64,000 nt of DNA from a virus. Its lineage: Duplodnaviria; Caudoviricetes. Positions 59,377-64,000 of the stretch are shown here, piece by piece. Within the stretch, counting starts at the first letter, position 1. The number at the start of each line of letters is the position of its first letter. Made by a program: the position numbers and the translations under genes. A model generated the notes under the pieces. It ran no database searches, had not been told where the DNA came from, and was given only the letters and a program-made list of their open reading frames with translations. The DNA lies in the IMG/VR virus record IMGVR_UViG_3300032330_001742, positions 1 to 64,000 of that record; one strand, written 5' to 3'.

Positions 59377-59956
59377 GAGGGTAATCCTTTGCTTTCCATT
59401 TATTTATTCCAGGATGAAATTCTGGATCTACATGCTGTGGCAAAGATGTATGCATGTACAGTCCAGTATATCTATTACCCCTTGTAACCGTAGTTATACC
59501 ATGAATGTGTTCTGTTCCAGAACTTGGAAAAAATACTGCAGAATATTGTTTTGGTTTATATTCAAATCCCTGATTTGGAAAATAAATTATTCCACCATCA
59601 TAATCTTTTTCATTATTAAGATACATTACTGTACTAAACTCAATCCAAGGCTCTGGTCCTTGTGCATCAATATGAAGGTCACCTTTTGTTCCAGTTGCCC
59701 AATGAGATCCAAACCCTTTAAAAACATATATATCATTTTTAAAGCCGTACAGTTCTTTATGCATAAGATTTGCTTTATGACCATACTTAATCATAATATC
59801 CATAACCGTTTTGTTATAAGGAAGAGATGTTCCTCCATATCGTTTGCTGTAGTATTCTGGGTACGGATTGACCTCAGATGGATTAGTCTGTTCAGCAATC
59901 AGTGTTGCTGCATCTTCTGGTGAGATAAAGTTTTCTACTATATGTATTCTATGCAT
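59363..59956 (-). CDS. 2OG-Fe(II) oxygenase
   Basis: HID, YLN..YDGG, HIHG...RY. Confidence 0.88.
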   Translation of the reverse strand: MHRIHIVENFISPEDAATLIAEQTNPSEVNPYPEYYSKRYGGTSLPYNKTVMDIMIKYGHKANLMHKELYGFKNDIYVFKGFGSHWATGTKGDLHIDAQGPEPWIEFSTVMYLNNEKDYDGGIIYFPNQGFEYKPKQYSAVFFPSSGTEHIHGITTVTRGNRYTGLYMHTSLPQHVDPEFHPGINKWKAKDYPLARI

Positions 59957-59977
59957 AACTCTATTATAGCACTAGCC

Positions 59978-60676
59978 CTATGCTACCCTTTTTATATAAA
60001 TATCATAAAAGCCTAAATTGTGTAACGCAATTCCGTCTACAATCCAGTTTTTATTTAAAAATAAAAATTCATTTACTGTTTGAAACGTTCCATATGGCTT
60101 TTCTTCAATAACACCATCATAAATAAGATAATCGTTTAAACCAATTATTCCACCAACACGAACTAACTTTGATGATTCTTTTAAGAGTTCTCTAGTTTGA
60201 CTTCTTTCATTAGTTATATCAATATAAATAAAATCATATTTTCCATTTAGTTGTTTTGCTACATTAATAGCATCACCCTTCATTGTTGCCACATTATCAT
60301 GATAATTAAACTTATCAATAATATATTGTTGATGATTTTCTGGGGTATAAAGTAATTCATGCTTAAAGCCTTCACACTGGCAAGAGCCAAACTTACGCCA
60401 AGACCAACACTTCAGATCTTGATTGTATAGGTCAACTAAAAGTGCATGAGATGCTTTTGCTGTATCAATAAATAGTTGTGCGGAGTAACCCCAGGCTACA
60501 CCAAATTCTAAATACCTTATACCAAGTGGCAAACTTTTGGCATATTCCTCTCTAGATGAATATAATTTAGCCAAATTTAATTGATCTTGAGATATTTTTT
60601 CTGAATCTTCAATTTCATCTTCAGCAAAATCTTTAAACTCATCAAACTTTAAACCACGAACTGGTTTTCTAGCCAT
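59978..60676 (-). CDS. Class I SAM methyltransferase (Methyltransf_24-like)
   Basis: LEFGVAWGYS, YDFIYID, GGIIGLNDY. Confidence 0.8.
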   Translation of the reverse strand: MARKPVRGLKFDEFKDFAEDEIEDSEKISQDQLNLAKLYSSREEYAKSLPLGIRYLEFGVAWGYSAQLFIDTAKASHALLVDLYNQDLKCWSWRKFGSCQCEGFKHELLYTPENHQQYIIDKFNYHDNVATMKGDAINVAKQLNGKYDFIYIDITNERSQTRELLKESSKLVRVGGIIGLNDYLIYDGVIEEKPYGTFQTVNEFLFLNKNWIVDGIALHNLGFYDIYIKRVA

Positions 60677-60884
60677 TTGAATGAGATCCATCACAAAATG
60701 GATAGGATTTTGATTGACCACATACACACAATTTTTTGCGTTTTAGGTTTTCTATTTTTTCAACTACTTCTGTTGCATCTTTATAAAGTCTGAGCGTTGC
60801 TTCTGATTCATTGATAGAAAGAATTTCTGCTGCTTTATCTTTGTTTTCGCCTTCTAGAATTACTACTAGATTACCTTGCTTCAT
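60669..60884 (-). CDS. CDGSH iron-sulfur domain protein
   Basis: LCVCGQSKSYPFCDGSH; KOW-like N-terminus. Confidence 0.85.
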   Translation of the reverse strand: MKQGNLVVILEGENKDKAAEILSINESEATLRLYKDATEVVEKIENLKRKKLCVCGQSKSYPFCDGSHSNG

Positions 60885-60887
60885 ATA

Positions 60888-61655
60888 TTACCTTTCGAGT
60901 GTATTGTTTAGTCGTGCTTCTTCATAAAAATCAAAACGGCACCAATTAGAAAGTGTATACCTTATACCTTTTGTAATAGGAGTAACGCCATGCACATAGT
61001 AAAGGCTTCCTGGAAACATCACTATTGATCCTCGTTCTGGTTTAAAGTGATAGTCAAAGTCTGGAAAGTATAACTCTCCGCCTTCAAAGTCGTCATTTAT
61101 ATATGCAAGTATTGCTAAATCACCACTCCACATGTTAGGCCAAGTCTTCAATTGTTCTTCTTGGCTTGGTCCCTCATCATGATCTGGATCATTATTTACA
61201 TAATGAATATCTAATATGTCTGTATGTGGTGCTAAATATGTATTCTCTGGATGAACCATCATCATACATTTTTGATCTGTAAGATTAGATAGTTTTTCAT
61301 TCCATTCTTTTGCTGCAAAATCAATCATTCTTTTGCTCATCTTTTGCATAAACTTTTCATACTCAAAAGTTACTTTTGGCTTGTCATGGAATCCACGTGC
61401 CAATGTGAGTGGATAGCAGTGAGTGCGTTCAGACATAACCTCGTACTCTTTTACAATTTCCATAAACTCTTGAATTTCATCTTCAGTAAGGAAGTTTTTA
61501 ATATATACAATGTTGTCAATACCCGTTCCATATTTTTCTGTAAATACATCTGCAACCTTTTTATCTTGTTGCCCTTCAAAAAAATAAGGTCTTGGCGTAT
61601 CAATACTTTTAAAAAGTTCATCTAGAACTGGTGTTTGAAATGGATAATTGCTCAT
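60888..61655 (-). CDS. 2OG-Fe(II) oxygenase
   Basis: HTD, YINDDFEGGEL, HGV..GIRY. Confidence 0.88.
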   Translation of the reverse strand: MSNYPFQTPVLDELFKSIDTPRPYFFEGQQDKKVADVFTEKYGTGIDNIVYIKNFLTEDEIQEFMEIVKEYEVMSERTHCYPLTLARGFHDKPKVTFEYEKFMQKMSKRMIDFAAKEWNEKLSNLTDQKCMMMVHPENTYLAPHTDILDIHYVNNDPDHDEGPSQEEQLKTWPNMWSGDLAILAYINDDFEGGELYFPDFDYHFKPERGSIVMFPGSLYYVHGVTPITKGIRYTLSNWCRFDFYEEARLNNTLER

Positions 61656-61674
61656 AAAACAATTATACCATTAG

Positions 61675-61746
61675 CACCCCCAGTAGGATTCGAACCTACG
61701 ACTTACTGCTTAGAAGGCAGTTACTCTTCCGCTGAGTTATGGAGGT
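61675..61746 (-). tRNA. tRNA-Arg(TCT)
   Basis: ACCTCCA acceptor; ACTGC-CTTCTAA-GCAGT; TTCGAAT T-loop. Confidence 0.9.
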
Positions 61747-61750
61747 AAAG

Positions 61751-61821
61751 TAGGCCTAGAAGGTAACGCTCCTTCTTCTCAGGATTAAAAGTCCTGAGCA
61801 TCACTTTAATGCTTTAGGCCC
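61751..61821 (-). tRNA. tRNA-Lys(TTT) with non-canonical D and T loops
   Basis: GGGCCTA/TAGGCCT acceptor; CAGGA-CTTTTAA-TCCTG; T-loop AGCGTTA. Confidence 0.75.
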
Positions 61822-61963
61822 ATATGTCAGATCAGTTTATCTTTCACCACACTGTAAGGTTTTGTAACCGAGTGCTCTGACAACACCGTGTAGGTTGCTC
61901 TAGAAACCCCTACATATTAGCGTAAACTTCCAACCAATGAGAAGCCATACTAATGTTACTTTG

Positions 61964-62036
61964 TGCCCCCAACGGGATTCGAACCCGTGTTACCGCCGTG
62001 AAAGGGCGATGTCCTAGGCCTCTAGACGATGGGGAC
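61964..62036 (-). tRNA. tRNA-Glu(TTC)
   Basis: GTCCCCA acceptor; TCGCC-CTTTCAC-GGCGG. Confidence 0.92.
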
Positions 62037-62038
62037 CT

Positions 62039-62112
62039 TGGAGCGGATGATGAGAATCGAACTCACCCCTTCTGCTTGGAAGGCAGAGGCACTACCAATA
62101 TGCAACATCCGC
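62039..62112 (-). tRNA. tRNA-Gly(TCC)
   Basis: GCGGATG/CATCCGC acceptor, T73, CCA; TCTGC-CTTCCAA-GCAGA. Confidence 0.92.
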
Positions 62113-62118
62113 AATACT

Positions 62119-62601
62119 TTAAACTTTTTTATCTTTAATTTTTTTATACATATTTTTGTTTGGATATAACTTTTCCATTTCTGCATCAAAATCTTCTGAA
62201 CCAATCCAAAATATTTTATCTGATACATGCCAACAAAAGTTAATGTTATTAGACAAACAATATGATATACCCCAGGATAGCACATCCGAGTCCATTTTTC
62301 TACCAGCCTCAACAAGCAATAAATATTCTATTGAGTTAATATCCTTTTTAACAAAAATTGATCCAACAACAGAAGGCTTTAAAGCAAGTGGTACACGCTC
62401 ATTAATAAGCCACTCACACTCAAAATTTTTACATGGGTGCTGTGGTCTATCTTCATATTCTTTGCAGCCTTTTCCAATTTCTAGAAAATGACAATTTTTG
62501 CCAGGGTACATCTTATGACCACGAATATCTCCAGCAAGCCAACCTTCACAGCAACGTGTACAGTCACCGCAAGTACGATTAAGTAATGGTAGTTGTGTCA
62601 T
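62119..62601 (-). CDS. YkgJ-like CxxCxxCC protein
   Basis: CGDCTRCC..CHFL..C..YEDRP..C..FEC. Confidence 0.8.
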   Translation of the reverse strand: MTQLPLLNRTCGDCTRCCEGWLAGDIRGHKMYPGKNCHFLEIGKGCKEYEDRPQHPCKNFECEWLINERVPLALKPSVVGSIFVKKDINSIEYLLLVEAGRKMDSDVLSWGISYCLSNNINFCWHVSDKIFWIGSEDFDAEMEKLYPNKNMYKKIKDKKV

Positions 62602-62609
62602 TGTTCCTC

Positions 62610-62765
62610 TTAGTAATTAGGTATGGATTTAATTCTTTTATTACAGACAGTGCAATTTGTATATGTTCTCATTGTGAATGGACATGAGGAATCTATGGTA
62701 TGTTTATGCCTACATGCTGATTGCTTTAAAAGCATCAGCGTTACCTTAAAAAACTCTTTGATCAT
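62610..62765 (-). CDS. Small Cys/His protein (not in track)
   Basis: CRH..SCPFT..CTVC; leaderless promoter. Confidence 0.6.
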   Translation of the reverse strand: MIKEFFKVTLMLLKQSACRHKHTIDSSCPFTMRTYTNCTVCNKRIKSIPNY

Positions 62766-62800
62766 TACTTTAGTATAGCATCACCTGCTATAATTGTAAA

Positions 62801-63352
62801 GTGCAACCATACATCATTAAAAATTTTATTAGCAATGAAGATGCTAATTTAATAATAGAGTTTATTGAAAAAAATGATAAACAGGATAGTGATAAAATTA
62901 AAAGAAGACTTATTCGTTTTGGAATAGATAATTTTAATGGTACAACAGGAACAGTTGATGAGGCAGGCCAAATTGGCCAGTTGGTAAAGTCACACGCTCT
63001 AAATGTTATTAATCTAATTAAAGATAAGCATGAAGATTCTTCAGAAATTTATCTATCTACACTGTGGCTATCAAAACAAATACCAGGGTCCAATGTTTTG
63101 GCTCACAGAGATACAGATGGTGGTATGAGCATGCACTATAAATATAGCGGAATTATATATTTAAATACACAAGAAAATGGTGGAGAAATATCTTTTCCTA
63201 AACTTGGTATTGATTATAAACCAGAGGGTTGTGATCTAGTTTTCTTTAATTGCAGAGATAGAAGGTCTGTGCATAAAGTTAAAGAAACAACTCAAAATAG
63301 ATATGCAATCCCAATGTGGTTTACTGATGATCCAAAATTTGCAATGGCTTAA
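62801..63352 (+). CDS. 2OG-Fe(II) oxygenase
   Basis: HRD, YLN...GGE, H.V...RY; leaderless GTG start. Confidence 0.85.
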   Translation: MQPYIIKNFISNEDANLIIEFIEKNDKQDSDKIKRRLIRFGIDNFNGTTGTVDEAGQIGQLVKSHALNVINLIKDKHEDSSEIYLSTLWLSKQIPGSNVLAHRDTDGGMSMHYKYSGIIYLNTQENGGEISFPKLGIDYKPEGCDLVFFNCRDRRSVHKVKETTQNRYAIPMWFTDDPKFAMA

Positions 63353-63749
63353 GGTATCTAACTTCATCAATAATTTTATGTTTAAGTGCCTGATTAATCA
63401 TTTGGTCTGAATATGAGTTTGGTTCTGGTGTATCAGAAAAATATACTACATAATACATGTGGCTGTATATTGTTTTCATAATTGCCCCATTGGCAATTGC
63501 TTTTTTTACATTATCTGTTCTTTTTGCTCCAGGCCTTTTCTTTTCGCCCTCTAGGCCACCCTTGCATTCAACATATTCATATCTTTCACCTTTAGCAAGA
63601 TAATCAACCTCGCAACCAGTATTTTTCATATAAACATTTTTTTCTATTTCTACAAATCCTCTAGTAACCAAATCATTAAATACTAAATCTTCAAAAGCAT
63701 CTCCAGATTTTTTAGATTGAGATTGAAAATTATTTTGATTATAGTTCAT
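63321..63749 (-). CDS. PD-(D/E)XK restriction-endonuclease-like protein
   Basis: GDAFE, EVD, VECKG. Confidence 0.7.
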   Translation of the reverse strand: MNYNQNNFQSQSKKSGDAFEDLVFNDLVTRGFVEIEKNVYMKNTGCEVDYLAKGERYEYVECKGGLEGEKKRPGAKRTDNVKKAIANGAIMKTIYSHMYYVVYFSDTPEPNSYSDQMINQALKHKIIDEVRYLKPLQILDHQ

Positions 63750-63783
63750 TAAACAATGGTACCACATCTGATATAATAATTCA

Positions 63784-64000
63784 ATGACTATTTTTTTTAA
63801 TCCATTTAGAAATATTGATCACCCCTATATTGAAAACTTAACGATATCTGAGCGTCAACTCAAAAGGGCAAAAGTTTATGAGAGCAGGTGGGTCTGGCTT
63901 TCCTCATTAAATCCTGGCGGTGAGATAATGGAGGTTGGAGTTGCAGCAGGAGATTTTTCGGAATCAATAATTAAAAAAGCAATGCCTGAAAAATTATACC
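63784..64000 (+). CDS. Class I SAM methyltransferase, partial (paralogue of 59978 gene)
   Basis: ISERQLKRAKVYESR..IMEVGVAAGDFS; runs off window end. Confidence 0.7.
   Translation, partial: MTIFFNPFRNIDHPYIENLTISERQLKRAKVYESRWVWLSSLNPGGEIMEVGVAAGDFSESIIKKAMPEKLY

Noticed and set aside
61953-62315. ORFs 61953..62138 and 62022..62315
   Set aside because: They overlap tRNA-Glu and tRNA-Gly; spurious.
1-64000. Stop-codon reassignment
   Set aside because: TAA, TAG and TGA all end genes at sensible boundaries; coding density is high; no suppressor tRNA.
1-64000. Prophage boundary, integrase or host DNA
   Set aside because: None seen; host-like genes share the phage promoter motif and site avoidance.

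Overview
The whole window is part of an AT-rich, large siphovirus-type dsDNA phage genome. The host is most likely a freshwater actinobacterium, inferred from whiB, an FmdB-type Zn ribbon, a XapX-like gene and pervasive leaderless genes. Gene order: end of the major capsid gene, head-tail joining and tail genes with a 2616-aa tape measure (1-20.3 kb); replication and recombination genes including DnaB, primase, SSB, DnaE, RecA, two resolvases and a Cas4-like nuclease (20.3-34.3 kb), interrupted by four tandem 2OG-Fe(II) oxygenases; terminase (35.4-37.7 kb); secreted and surface proteins, proteases and endolysin (37.7-44.4 kb); then an accessory region of modification enzymes, stress genes and most of the window's 7 tRNAs. 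Main observations: (1) the tail assembly chaperones appear to be two separately promoted paralogues (long GT-like, short G-like) rather than a frameshift pair; (2) a candidate sulfation pathway, with a PAPS-synthase-like kinase/nucleotidyltransferase fusion and two sulfotransferases, sits within a set of about 10 oxygenases plus carbamoyl- and methyltransferases; (3) AGCT and CCGG appear absent, including from tRNA D-stems; (4) a tRNA-Ile(UAU); (5) a ROSE-like thermometer on hsp20; (6) two unexplained structured RNAs; (7) a probable AUU start codon. All calls come from motif recognition by eye; no searches or counts were run.
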